From IMG/VR virus record IMGVR_UViG_3300043466_001759, positions 1 through 64,000 of that record: a stretch of DNA of 64,000 nt; one strand, written 5' to 3'. Positions 15,914-25,499 of this stretch are shown here, one piece after another. Every line of letters starts with the position of its first letter. Within the stretch, counting starts at the first letter, position 1. The notes beneath the pieces are model-generated. The model searched no databases. It worked only from the letters and a program-made list of their open reading frames with translations, and had not been told where the DNA came from. The stretch comes from a virus. Both the position numbers and the translations under genes were made by a program.

Positions 15914-17488
15914 CTATTCTTGATACGGATTATGTTCTCGCCCCCAATTGCCTACCGTAAACCCATACAGATCCCTGACGCATCTAGTGCAATCACCGTC
16001 TCCGTATGGAACTGTTCTAAACCACCTGCCAGCCACGAAAAACCTAGCTGGCGTCACAAAGCTAGTCCCTTGCTCTTCTGCCTCTCTGAAAGCAAGCTTC
16101 CACGCCTGCCCCCATGTCCCACCTTTTGAAGCAGCACGGTACAACGACCGAAGCATTATCTGCTCGTTCGTTTTCTTCTTTTTCTCCTTCTTTTCCTTTT
16201 TGTCTTTTTTAACTTCCTTGAGTTCACCTCCAGAGAACTCGAGGCCTTCCGACTTGGTTCCTTTCTTTATTGGTTCGTATCCGCAGCTTCGACACTTCCC
16301 TCCACGATAGATCGCTCCGCATGACGGGCACTCTACAGTGGCGCGTGGCTCGTGAGTCTTTGATGGCCTCTCTCCCCATTCCAGCGTCCATGCCACATCG
16401 TCTTCAAAGAATCCATGCTTACGTATGTTGTTGGCATGATCTAAAACGATGCAATCTTTAACATCAGGATGCACTCGTGAACCTCGACCAACCATTTGTC
16501 TGTAACGAACAACGCTACCGATCGCAGTACACAGCTGGACGCAACCAACGCGAGGTATGTCAGTCCCTCGCTCGATGACACCCACATTGCAAATGTATTG
16601 AATCTCGCCATTGTCTAGTCTGTCAAACAAGTCTTGCCGTTCTTCGTCACCGGTCTCGCCGTCAACATAGTGAGCATCGATTCCATTGTCTCTGAGCATC
16701 TGCATCGCCTCCTGCGCGTGCGAACGTCTCGGAAAAAAACCGATGGTCGCTCTACCTTCGGCCAATCTCTTCCAATCTCGAATCAGGTCGCCAGTGAGCC
16801 CTTCCATAGCTGCTGCAACGCTGTCCTCTGTGTAATCATCACCGCTCTTCTTAAGTAGCTTCAGATTGCCCACAGTGCCCTGAAAATACCTGAATGACGA
16901 TAGATACCCATTGTCGATCAACCATGATGGCGTAGGACCGTTGACGATCTTCTTGAACACCTTGTTCAATTCTTTGTGTTGGGGTGTCGCGGACAGCCCT
17001 AGAACGAATGGCTCACTAAGACCCAGCTCGTTCCTCTTGGCATTGTGCGCAGCTAAGAACGTCCGAAACTTAGAGACTTGCGAATGGATCTCATCGAACA
17101 CTAAGAAGTCGTACGTAAAATCAGTCCTGTAGTCTCTTTTGTCTACATACCAGCTGTTGATAGTATCGATCGAAGCTACCTGCAGCGGCGAGTCTGGAGA
17201 TGTTTCGTATCCAGACATGATCACTCCATGGAACAGCTTGGGATACTCGTTGAACGAATCACTAGCGTTTTGTACAAGTCCCCTGCGATGGACCATAAAC
17301 GCAGCCTTACCAGATTCCGTTGGCTTCTTTGGACGATTTAGATATGACCCCAGAATGAATTTGGAGGTGACTGTCTTACCAGCTCCCGGTGGCATGCACG
17401 CAATCAAATTCCTATGTGTCACTATCTCTCGCCTCAGCTCATCGACCAAGGACTCTTGATAGGGCCTGAGTACTGGTAGCTCGATCAT
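15914..17488 (-). CDS. SF2 DEAD/DEAH-box helicase
   Basis: LRPYQ, PPGAGKT, FDEIH, LSATP, ERGTDIP, QMVGRGSR and a C-terminal Zn ribbon. Confidence 0.93.
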   Translation of the reverse strand: MIELPVLRPYQESLVDELRREIVTHRNLIACMPPGAGKTVTSKFILGSYLNRPKKPTESGKAAFMVHRRGLVQNASDSFNEYPKLFHGVIMSGYETSPDSPLQVASIDTINSWYVDKRDYRTDFTYDFLVFDEIHSQVSKFRTFLAAHNAKRNELGLSEPFVLGLSATPQHKELNKVFKKIVNGPTPSWLIDNGYLSSFRYFQGTVGNLKLLKKSGDDYTEDSVAAAMEGLTGDLIRDWKRLAEGRATIGFFPRRSHAQEAMQMLRDNGIDAHYVDGETGDEERQDLFDRLDNGEIQYICNVGVIERGTDIPRVGCVQLCTAIGSVVRYRQMVGRGSRVHPDVKDCIVLDHANNIRKHGFFEDDVAWTLEWGERPSKTHEPRATVECPSCGAIYRGGKCRSCGYEPIKKGTKSEGLEFSGGELKEVKKDKKEKKEKKKKTNEQIMLRSLYRAASKGGTWGQAWKLAFREAEEQGTSFVTPARFFVAGRWFRTVPYGDGDCTRCVRDLYGFTVGNWGREHNPYQE

Positions 17489-17489
17489 A

Positions 17490-18251
17490 TCAGCTCCACA
17501 GCTTGACAGACTGAGCAACCTTTACCAGACGATCTCTCTCCCTAGCGTTTGGCTTGTGATAGTGATAATCGTCGATCGCTCGGACTAGTTTTGCCCTGTA
17601 CTGATCAGCAAGACTCTTGACCTTCTTGGCCTCGTCTTCTGGAGTGGCCTTAGGCTTTGGCATCTCCTCAGACAACTTCTTGCCGGACTTCTCAGCCTTC
17701 TTTGCGACGGCTCTCTGCTCAGCCTTGGGAAGCTTAGCCAGCTCCTTGATCTTTGTAGTAGGGAGCGATTCAGCAGCTTCCTTAACTTGATCATCAAGCT
17801 TATTGATTAACTCAGTCTTCTCAACGTCTCGATAGACTTGCCTTTCCGAAACTTTAGCTTCCTTGGCTACGATCGCCACAGCATCAGACTTGCTGTGGCC
17901 AATACTCTCTTGGTAGGCCACCATCTCTGCGCGTAACCGAGACTGAACAGAAGCAGTCAAGTTACGTTGGTAGATCGCATCGCGTTTCATGCGATACTCA
18001 ACCTCTTCGATCGTCTCTGCGGTCTCATAGACCTGCTTGACGTCAAACGGAAGCTTGTTCTTCTTGCAAAGCTTGTAACGATGATGACCGTCAACAAGGA
18101 CATCGCCCCACAACCAAAGAGGATTGTACGCACCTCCTTCATCAACCAAGGACTGCTCGAGCCCTGCTAACTGCTCCTCGTCTAGCGGAGGGATCAAATC
18201 TCTCAGCTTATCGACTACTCGTATCTTACCGTTGTATGGTTTCTTGCTCAT
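17490..18251 (-). CDS. ParB-like N-terminal domain protein
   Basis: LIPPL...LEQSL...VLVDGHHRYKLC...RNLT. Confidence 0.8.
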   Translation of the reverse strand: MSKKPYNGKIRVVDKLRDLIPPLDEEQLAGLEQSLVDEGGAYNPLWLWGDVLVDGHHRYKLCKKNKLPFDVKQVYETAETIEEVEYRMKRDAIYQRNLTASVQSRLRAEMVAYQESIGHSKSDAVAIVAKEAKVSERQVYRDVEKTELINKLDDQVKEAAESLPTTKIKELAKLPKAEQRAVAKKAEKSGKKLSEEMPKPKATPEDEAKKVKSLADQYRAKLVRAIDDYHYHKPNARERDRLVKVAQSVKLWS

Positions 18252-18280
18252 GCTATTGCTTTCGCTTGTAAGAATTAACT

Positions 18281-18520
18281 CTACTGCTTGGGCCAATACT
18301 TGTGTATCAGCTCGATAATGTTTTCGACCGCGTGGTTTGTGTTGTCGAGCCTCATTACACTCGCCGTGGCTATGCGTCTAAGGCCTTCATCTAAAGGCTT
18401 TCTAGCTGCTGCGGTCGCATCAAAATTAGCAGCTACCTCCAGGATCTTAACTCTATTGTTTATCTCATTAATGAGAGCCCACTTGGCAGAGTTGAGCTGC
18501 CTTGCTTTGTCATCACTCAT
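18281..18520 (-). CDS. Hypothetical protein
   Basis: Start MSDDK overlapping the upstream stop. Confidence 0.55.
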   Translation of the reverse strand: MSDDKARQLNSAKWALINEINNRVKILEVAANFDATAAARKPLDEGLRRIATASVMRLDNTNHAVENIIELIHKYWPKQ

Positions 18521-19865
18521 CTTCGGTCTCAAGTTCCTCTTCGGCTCCAACCACACGACCGTCCTCGATAATCACTGCACATCGTTCCGCATCGGCATCA
18601 GTGCGGGTAACTAGCTCGATGATTAACTGGAAGTCGTTCTCCTTGACTACAGACTCCAGTGCATCCAGCGTGTCGTTATCTAGATCGCTGCCGTGTTGAC
18701 ACACAAGCAATCTCAACTTGGGATTGAGCGCCATACCAACCTTAACGCTCGCCATGATTCGCTGACTTGTTGACGCCTGCTCGAATGGTAGGCCATTCAT
18801 CAGCAACCCATCCTCATTGAGTTCCATACCCTCCATCGGCCATTCTGCGTTAGCAACTTCCTCGGCTCGCATGTCTTGAATAGCCTTAAGCTTGTCAGTC
18901 AGTTTTTGCCAATCCCCTCGAGACTTCTTAAGCTCGGCTTCGACCTCGTCGTGCTTCTTGTTGGCACGAACTTTTTCATTGACCGAGTCAGCATCTGATA
19001 TCTTCTGCTTCACTGACGTTATATCACTAGCAACGTCAGGAGCCTCAGAAAACTCCTTCTTGGCTTTCTCTAAGCTCTCTTCCGACTTAGCATAGAGCAG
19101 CTTGCTGTAATCCAGGCGAGACTGAAGGTCAGCTATGGATTTCATGAGCTTCCGTTCTTCCTCGTTGATATCCTCCTGCTCGCTTTTGATTTCCTCGATC
19201 TTCCGCTCCAAGTCCTGGCGTTGCTTCTCTTTGTCTTTGAGACCGTCTAACTCGGCCATCAAGTCAGCAACCCTAACTTCTTCAGCTGGAGCACCCTCGT
19301 GTCTTTTCAAACCTTCAAGCTGGGATGCAAGCTTCTTTCCATCTCGCCCCAGGTCGGTGCGTTCCGCAAACACCCGCTTGTATTCGTCATCGAACTTACC
19401 AAGATCCAGTCCAAGCATCTCCTGGACCAGCGTAGCCTTCTCCTTTGGCTTCATTCGCTCGAATGCCAAGGGATCGAATGCTCGCAGGGTGAACAGCCTC
19501 TGAAGCAGCTTACGGGGCTCTGGGGCCTCCTCGCCAGTCGAATCCAGAACACGAAACTCTTCAACAACTGCCCCTGATGGCTTCTGACGCAACGACAGTT
19601 CGACCGTGATAGACTTGGATTCCATCAGCTCCTCGTCGCCAGTGAGCTCGATCGTTACCTTGCCTTTCTTCTGACCCTTTCGAAGAGCGATATCTGGATA
19701 GTCCGAGCCAGACTTGCCGGCCAGTGCCATAATCAGCGCCGTCAATGCTGACGTCTTACCCTGGCCGTTCTTTCCTCCGACCAGGAACAAATGTCGACCA
19801 GCCAAGTCGAATCGAACATCTTTAACACCCAACACGTTGTGGGCTTCGTACTTGATAACCTGCAT
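18513..19865 (-). CDS. SMC/Rad50-like ATPase with coiled coil
   Basis: GGKNGQGKTS Walker A, long coiled coil, QASTSQ signature and GSDLD. Confidence 0.85.
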   Translation of the reverse strand: MQVIKYEAHNVLGVKDVRFDLAGRHLFLVGGKNGQGKTSALTALIMALAGKSGSDYPDIALRKGQKKGKVTIELTGDEELMESKSITVELSLRQKPSGAVVEEFRVLDSTGEEAPEPRKLLQRLFTLRAFDPLAFERMKPKEKATLVQEMLGLDLGKFDDEYKRVFAERTDLGRDGKKLASQLEGLKRHEGAPAEEVRVADLMAELDGLKDKEKQRQDLERKIEEIKSEQEDINEEERKLMKSIADLQSRLDYSKLLYAKSEESLEKAKKEFSEAPDVASDITSVKQKISDADSVNEKVRANKKHDEVEAELKKSRGDWQKLTDKLKAIQDMRAEEVANAEWPMEGMELNEDGLLMNGLPFEQASTSQRIMASVKVGMALNPKLRLLVCQHGSDLDNDTLDALESVVKENDFQLIIELVTRTDADAERCAVIIEDGRVVGAEEELETEDE

Positions 19866-19896
19866 AGCAAATCTCCTCAGAAACAAATCTCAAAAA

Positions 19897-20211
19897 CTAA
19901 ACAGCACTGGCAGCATTCAAGAAAACAAAGACTGCCTCATGCCCAACGCCAAACGGAAAGTCCACAAACCACAGAACAGTGGTTCCAGACATCTTCTGCA
20001 CCGTCCAGAACGGGCAGTCTCTTGATTCAGTCAGAACGCGAAACGTACCACTGACATACACAAACCTGGGAGGATTCTTTAGCTTCTCCTGGTTCTTGTA
20101 CTTCAAGCAGTCGTCATTGAACTTCTTGCGCTCCTTACAAAAGAATCCCTTTTCAATTAACGCATTCTCCATAGCATGCGTCTCAATCTTTAAGTTTTTA
20201 GCCAACGTCAA
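19897..20211 (-). CDS. Hypothetical protein
   Basis: 104-aa ORF in operon. Confidence 0.55.
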   Translation of the reverse strand: MTLAKNLKIETHAMENALIEKGFFCKERKKFNDDCLKYKNQEKLKNPPRFVYVSGTFRVLTESRDCPFWTVQKMSGTTVLWFVDFPFGVGHEAVFVFLNAASAV

Positions 20212-20215
20212 TCCC

Positions 20216-20566
20216 CTATACCCGCTTGATGATTTCTAGCCTCGCCAAGTCCTCTTCTCGGAGAACATAATCCTCTTCAAACAGGTGCTCAGCAAAAAAC
20301 AGGAACAAGCTGGCCTTAGCCCTGTGGTCCTGAATGTCTCGCTCCAAGTCCTTGACTGGCTCAACTGGATCCATGTGGTACGCAGACCTTGAAACAGATG
20401 GCATCATGTTTGCCATCGCTCTATTACCATGCATGGACTCAAGAGTTTTCTTCAACTCTGGTAAACTCGACTCCTTTTCTGCTGCGCGATCACGGTGATA
20501 CGCGGATCTGCTCTTCAAATGTGACGCAAGCTCCTGCCGGCTAACCTTAAACTTCAAACCTTCCAC
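20216..20566 (-). CDS. Hypothetical protein
   Basis: AAGGAG RBS. Confidence 0.7.
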   Translation of the reverse strand: MEGLKFKVSRQELASHLKSRSAYHRDRAAEKESSLPELKKTLESMHGNRAMANMMPSVSRSAYHMDPVEPVKDLERDIQDHRAKASLFLFFAEHLFEEDYVLREEDLARLEIIKRV

Positions 20567-20581
20567 AACTAATCTCCTTGA

Positions 20582-20995
20582 CTATGACTCTAAAACGTGT
20601 GGCACACCTTGCAGGTTAAATGGCAGCATTGCACCTTTGGGCAATACCCACATCCAACGCATGTCGGCCACGTCCACAATCTTCTCTCGCGGTGGAAACA
20701 CCTCCACTGCGATTCGCTCAGGCCAGAAATGATCCTTGATGGCCTGCATGTCGTTCCAGGTGACAGGCTTGTCGTAGCCTCTCTTTTCTGCCTGACTTGG
20801 TTTCTTGGCTGAAGTATGCTTGATCGCAACTCTTAACGTTCCCTCCCAGGGAGTTCCGTTGCAAGCTGGAGTAGCATTACCCCAAACCTGGACGCAGACA
20901 CCGTTCTTACGGTCGACATACGCCATATCTGGGTGTCCTGGAACATTCGCCATGACACCCTCTACCCTCACCAGTTTCTTCGGATCGATCGCCAC
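20582..20995 (-). CDS. Hypothetical phage protein
   Basis: TWNDMQAIKD...AVEVFPP...VDVADMRW motif, common in phages. Confidence 0.7.
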   Translation of the reverse strand: MAIDPKKLVRVEGVMANVPGHPDMAYVDRKNGVCVQVWGNATPACNGTPWEGTLRVAIKHTSAKKPSQAEKRGYDKPVTWNDMQAIKDHFWPERIAVEVFPPREKIVDVADMRWMWVLPKGAMLPFNLQGVPHVLES

Positions 20996-21228
20996 TAGAC
21001 GCCGACCTTATCCATGTCGATTTCCTTCTCGTCAGGCTCCTTGGCCCCAGACGTCTTAACAACGCCTTCGGAGTCAATCCTCGACAACGCCTCATCCAGA
21101 TTCGTAATGTCAGGAAAGAACTGAGTCAGATCCTTAACGATCATCTGCGCGTCAGTCAGCTTGTGAATCTCGGTGCGAGTCAATTTCGCTTTCTTGACGC
21201 CCTTACTTGTATGCAACTGCATAGCCAA
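20995..21228 (-). CDS. Hypothetical protein
   Basis: 77-aa ORF abutting the next gene. Confidence 0.6.
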   Translation of the reverse strand: MAMQLHTSKGVKKAKLTRTEIHKLTDAQMIVKDLTQFFPDITNLDEALSRIDSEGVVKTSGAKEPDEKEIDMDKVGV

Positions 21229-21261
21229 ACCTTTCTTTGAAAAACACTGACACTGAGTCAG

Positions 21262-21483
21262 CTAAAACGGAACACATGCATCATCAAAACTACAATCGAC
21301 ATCATTCAGATCCCACTGAACATTGTTGACAACAACGGTAGCCACCGCTTCCAGGACAGTGAAAGCTTGACCTGGACACAGCCTAGCAAGCCTCTCGGCC
21401 TCTTTTGCCGCATCTGCCTTACTAGCGTGCCTGTAAACAGGCTCGCCCTTACCAAGAACCATCCAGAACTTATCGCGTCCCAT
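21262..21483 (-). CDS. Hypothetical phage protein (FWMV...AxxEAERLA motif)
   Basis: Start refined to MGRDKFW after GAGG. Confidence 0.65.
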   Translation of the reverse strand: MGRDKFWMVLGKGEPVYRHASKADAAKEAERLARLCPGQAFTVLEAVATVVVNNVQWDLNDVDCSFDDACVPF

Positions 21484-21490
21484 GCTTACC

Positions 21491-21625
21491 TCACAGCAAA
21501 ACGGAAAGAACAGCGCAAGACACGACACACACCAACAGAGACATCAAGATCGCAACAGCGCATCCCTTGAACACTGCTAATGGATCTGACGAGAACTGCT
21601 CGTCGTAATCATCTTCGTAGCTCAT
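21491..21625 (-). CDS. Small membrane protein (44 aa)
   Basis: AGGAGG RBS; MSYEDDYDEQF...GCAVAILMSLLVCVVSCAVLSVLL. Confidence 0.6.
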   Translation of the reverse strand: MSYEDDYDEQFSSDPLAVFKGCAVAILMSLLVCVVSCAVLSVLL

Positions 21626-21651
21626 ATCAACCTCCTGAAAACAAAAACCAG

Positions 21652-21726
21652 TGGACGGACAGGACTCGAACCTGCCTCTGCGACATCGCCCAACAGTCGC
21701 CGCTAAACCATCTCAGCTACTCGTCC
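21652..21726 (-). tRNA. Degenerate tRNA / tRNA-like element with an 11-nt anticodon loop
   Basis: GGACGAG TA GCTG-AGATGGTT-TAGC G GCGAC-TGTTGGGCGAT-GTCGC AGAG GCAGG-TTCGAGT-CCTGT CCGTCC A. Confidence 0.65.
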
Positions 21727-21733
21727 GCTTGTC

Positions 21734-22402
21734 CTAAGAGAAACTAAGAAATACCTCCTTAGTCTCGATAGCATCTAAAACTTCCTGGATGTCATCCACT
21801 CCTCGAAGCTTGTTGTTGCCTATAGCGACATCCACCCTTTGCTTGACGGAAGCCAGTTTCTCTAAGCTTGAAGCTGCTGCTATAACAGCTAGCATCTTAT
21901 CCTTCATGGCATTCTGCTCTTTCGACCTCTCTTGCAAGTCCCTGACGTAATCAACATCGTCATACATGCCCATGAACACATCAGAAGAAAATCCCAACCA
22001 AGACAGAGCTTTGGATCGCGTGTTGGTAACAAGCTTTTTCAACGTCTCCTGGCCGCGTGAAAACTTATCGTCATTCATCACCTCGAAAGACGCCTCCTCG
22101 CCACTCACGCTAGGATAGAAGAACTTGGCGGACAAGACGATCGCGTATTCGACGTATGGTCCATCCGTACCGATACCATCCATGCGAATAATCTCGTGCT
22201 TGATATCTCGCAACCCCCACTTATCTCCGTAGGGCCCCCACAGCTTAGTTGCCTGCTGAACCTGCCATTGAGGATCAACGGTAGTAAACTCTCGCTTGCC
22301 GTACTTAACGGGCCTCTGATGGTCAGGGTCGGTAGTCTTTACCGCATCCCAAAGCTTCATGTTCAATGCATACTGCTCTGCTGTCACGATGTCCTTAGAC
22401 AA
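21734..22402 (-). CDS. Rad52/Sak-like single-strand annealing protein
   Basis: VDPQWQ..ATKLWGPYGDKWG, KKLVTNTRSKALSWLGFSSDVFMG; adjacent to an exonuclease. Confidence 0.7.
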   Translation of the reverse strand: MSKDIVTAEQYALNMKLWDAVKTTDPDHQRPVKYGKREFTTVDPQWQVQQATKLWGPYGDKWGLRDIKHEIIRMDGIGTDGPYVEYAIVLSAKFFYPSVSGEEASFEVMNDDKFSRGQETLKKLVTNTRSKALSWLGFSSDVFMGMYDDVDYVRDLQERSKEQNAMKDKMLAVIAAASSLEKLASVKQRVDVAIGNNKLRGVDDIQEVLDAIETKEVFLSFS

Positions 22403-23039
22403 GATCCACCGCCTTTCGAATTTTAGATAAACGAATATTCATCTGACCAATGAACCGAGACACGGCAGCCTCAAGATCTTCGATCATATCCTCGTCGCGA
22501 TTGACGCGAACAACATGCATCCGCAACGGTTCTGGCATCAGAGGGTGAAACGAAACGTAATCAAGCCATTTGCGACCAGTCACCCAAAGACCACCTTGGC
22601 ACTGCCACTGATAATCCTTGTCGGCAATCAAATCGCCCTCGAGAACAGCCAAGTGATTCTCGACTGTATATGGGCACTTGATTTCAACAAGCCCCTCATC
22701 ACCGACCAAAGCATCGGGAGAGTAGCCAACATCCTCGTACTCAGGATGCACACAAAAACCAACGCGGTGGATCGGATGGCTGCCCTCGAGATCCCACTCG
22801 TAAAGATCCCTAGCAGTAGGCTCATGCTCATGACCCCACGCAACAAACTTATTGTTCAGTTCGTCCGAAGGAACGCCAGACAACCTTTCTCCAATAAGCT
22901 TTGTCATGTAACTCAAGGCTGTCTGACTAAGGCCATCGCCACTGCGAGGCTTCGTCATGATTTTACCAAAGCAACTGGCCGTCACCTTTCCCAGCCTAGC
23001 TGCATGCCATTCAGGCGAACCCTGAACTAACTCTCCCAT
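22395..23039 (-). CDS. YqaJ/lambda-exonuclease family protein
   Basis: QGSPEWHAARLGKVTAS, WGHEHEP, YSPDALV, VEIKCP, YQWQCQ. Confidence 0.92.
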   Translation of the reverse strand: MGELVQGSPEWHAARLGKVTASCFGKIMTKPRSGDGLSQTALSYMTKLIGERLSGVPSDELNNKFVAWGHEHEPTARDLYEWDLEGSHPIHRVGFCVHPEYEDVGYSPDALVGDEGLVEIKCPYTVENHLAVLEGDLIADKDYQWQCQGGLWVTGRKWLDYVSFHPLMPEPLRMHVVRVNRDEDMIEDLEAAVSRFIGQMNIRLSKIRKAVDLV

Positions 23040-23094
23040 AGACAAATCTCCATTTGAACTAAGAAACAAACCCGACGCGTAAATAGTAACGAAC

Positions 23095-23126
23095 AAACCC
23101 CAGCGTGCAATAGCATGCTGGGGTTT
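23095..23126. terminator. Intrinsic terminator-like hairpin at the end of the late operon
   Basis: aaaccccagc...gctggggttt inverted repeat downstream of 23153. Confidence 0.6.
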
Positions 23127-23152
23127 TCGTAAGTTTATTTTGGAGTTTTTTT

Positions 23153-24292
23153 CTAGAGGCTTTTTAGCTTCATATCGGCTATTTGCCTTAGGATTGCATC
23201 TGCTTCCCAGTAGCCAATCTTCACCATGGACTCATTGCCGACTTCCAGGCGGAATCTTGGGACTCCACTGCCTGAGACATCGCCAGCAACAATCTCCACC
23301 TCGGCCTTTTGTAAAACTGGCCTATCTCTCTCGTTCCATCTCTTGCACCAAGAACAGAACTCATTCGAGGCTACAACAATCTTAGCCGTAGCAACTGGCT
23401 TGGGATCATCGTTATTGAACTGATCGCCTTCACTGAAGGGAGATATGCCAAACGGATCCTGAACTGCAGTCGGTACAGCATAGAAAGTATGAGACGGATG
23501 TACCGTTGCTAAGTGCTGAGCCCAAGTGACCCAGAAGAATCCACCGTCACCCTGGCTCGTTCCATGGCTTGAGTGTTCTCGGAATTCAAATCGGCCTGCT
23601 CGACGGTTGTATCGAACGTGGTCTAGGTGCTCGCTGTGATTGCCTGGACCTCGATCGCCAATCAACACTCCATCTTTGTCGAAATTCTTCCAATTGCGTC
23701 CTACGTGAATCGCAATAACAACTGGCTTTCCGCTTGCGAGAGCTGCGACAACCTCCTGCTCGCTAGGCGTACCAAACCCCTCGTGCGCTCGAAAACGTAA
23801 CGCTTCCTTGTCCGCAACTGCTGTGTTGTACATGTTACGAAAGATCTGGCCTTCCTTAACAGTCTTACGTGTGGCAATGCCCCTCTCAGTTGCGGCTCGC
23901 AAGTTCTCGCCTAACGTCCCTCCTTTGTCCACACCGTCGTTACAAAGAGAATATAGGTAATCGTCCGACAGTGGAACAAACGGTTGACCGCCTCGATATC
24001 TCGCCTTTTCTACTGCGTACGTTGCTGCACTCGACGCACACTTACCCCATCCATTTTGGTTCTTAGTCAAGTCGCTTCCAAAGTGAGCCATCCCCCCAAC
24101 ATTCTTTTGGTACTCTTCGGACTCAACTATGTCGATAAGCTCCGATCGACTAGGGAGCCCTCCAACCAACTGACCGAATGACATTAACCTTGGCGGATTT
24201 GGATCTGGAAGCAAACCAAGGCAATGAACCGTTCCGTCAGGAGAGACTACCGCCTCTTTGCCATCTTTAATGACGATATCGCATTTACTCAC
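23153..24292 (-). CDS. Papain-like (C1) cysteine peptidase with C-terminal thioredoxin-like CxxC domain
   Basis: NQNGWGKCAS (Q, C), LSDDYLY, DKGG, GNHS (H), SSHG..GDGGFFWV; FCSWCKRW. Confidence 0.75.
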   Translation of the reverse strand: MSKCDIVIKDGKEAVVSPDGTVHCLGLLPDPNPPRLMSFGQLVGGLPSRSELIDIVESEEYQKNVGGMAHFGSDLTKNQNGWGKCASSAATYAVEKARYRGGQPFVPLSDDYLYSLCNDGVDKGGTLGENLRAATERGIATRKTVKEGQIFRNMYNTAVADKEALRFRAHEGFGTPSEQEVVAALASGKPVVIAIHVGRNWKNFDKDGVLIGDRGPGNHSEHLDHVRYNRRAGRFEFREHSSHGTSQGDGGFFWVTWAQHLATVHPSHTFYAVPTAVQDPFGISPFSEGDQFNNDDPKPVATAKIVVASNEFCSWCKRWNERDRPVLQKAEVEIVAGDVSGSGVPRFRLEVGNESMVKIGYWEADAILRQIADMKLKSL

Positions 24293-24968
24293 CTGTCACC
24301 TCCTTCAGGATAGACTTCAACTCCTCTAATGACTTCGGCGCTGCGAATACTCGAAAGTTCTTCGCATCCTGACTGACGATTAACGCTGGCACTTCTTTGG
24401 CGACAGCAAGAAAAGGCTTGGCTTGCTCCTGCTCGTCGTCATAAGCAGCCATCTTAATATTCCGTGTCTCAAGATACTTCCGCGTCTCGATCGACAACCT
24501 AACGTTCGTCTGTTGGATCTGATCGATTGCATCGGCCTGTTCGTAAACCCAGACAACCCAATCCGCCTTTAGTTTCGGATCGGGCTTGGGATCGGGTTTC
24601 GGCTTAGGATCTGGTTTAGGATCGGGAATAGGCGGAACAGGTTTAGGCCCTGCGTCATCCCCCTCCTGAACGATCTTAATTAACGTTGAATCGCCAGTAG
24701 TGATCAGATAGTCACCAGGGGGGGCCGCGAAGATCGTATGCTTCTCAGCCCTTTCGAAATGAGAGTCTGGCAAGTACTCCCATGTAACCACTCCGCCTAA
24801 GACCTTGGCGTATATCGCCTGAACCTTAGCCCCAGGTGGATGGTTGATTTTTATTGGTCGATCACGCTTAGCAACCGAGGGTGACTCCACCTTGTAAACA
24901 GGCGGATCCTGCGAACCTGCTGTTGAACATGCCAACAGCATCATAAAAGCTAACACATACCTAACCAT
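24285..24968 (-). CDS. Secreted protein with PKPDP linker and thioredoxin-like C-terminal fold
   Basis: Signal peptide MVRYVLAFMMLLACSTAG; PDPKP repeats. Confidence 0.7.
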   Translation of the reverse strand: MVRYVLAFMMLLACSTAGSQDPPVYKVESPSVAKRDRPIKINHPPGAKVQAIYAKVLGGVVTWEYLPDSHFERAEKHTIFAAPPGDYLITTGDSTLIKIVQEGDDAGPKPVPPIPDPKPDPKPKPDPKPDPKLKADWVVWVYEQADAIDQIQQTNVRLSIETRKYLETRNIKMAAYDDEQEQAKPFLAVAKEVPALIVSQDAKNFRVFAAPKSLEELKSILKEVTGE

Positions 24969-24998
24969 GACCGACCCTCCAACAAAGACCATAAAATG

Positions 24999-25415
24999 TT
25001 ACAGACCGCTGGCTTCGCCAAGGGTTATCTCGAACCCTTCGTCATCAACGCATACTTGGCTATCACGAACGATATCCAAGATCTCCTTGACGATCGCAAC
25101 AGCCTCCTCGAGGTCGATACAGCTCAGCATGTCCATGAAGCTACAACCCCCCTCAGGGCACTTCTTACACCCATCCAGGAGGGCTACGATCCGCTTACCC
25201 ACCTCCATGACTCGCTTCATCGGGAAGCATCGAAGAAAGCCAAAGATGTCAAGTATGCCGAATGCCAAGTTCGGCTTGTTAAGTCCTGACTCAAGGCTTA
25301 CCGCCAACGCCATAGGCTCGTCGCAAATACCGTCTGGACAGTCGTCATGTCGCTTGACAGTGCTTAGGAAGACCTCGAGAAGCTTAACCAACATCAATAA
25401 AAAAGTTTGCGACAC
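24999..25415 (-). CDS. Hypothetical Cys-containing protein
   Basis: 138 aa, hydrophobic N-terminus, CPDGIC and CPEGGC. Confidence 0.7.
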   Translation of the reverse strand: MSQTFLLMLVKLLEVFLSTVKRHDDCPDGICDEPMALAVSLESGLNKPNLAFGILDIFGFLRCFPMKRVMEVGKRIVALLDGCKKCPEGGCSFMDMLSCIDLEEAVAIVKEILDIVRDSQVCVDDEGFEITLGEASGL

Positions 25416-25499
25416 AATGTCACCTCGTAACTGAAACCATTGAAACTAAAAACTTGACAGACCCATCATACCCCCAAAACCGGAAACCGCCTACCAGTT

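Noticed and set aside
18513-19865. Self-targeting of the phage's own ATPase by unit 9
   Set aside because: Its Walker A (LFLVGGKNGQGKTS) does not fit the decoded dinucleotide pattern; no self-target for any unit was seen by eye (not exhaustive)
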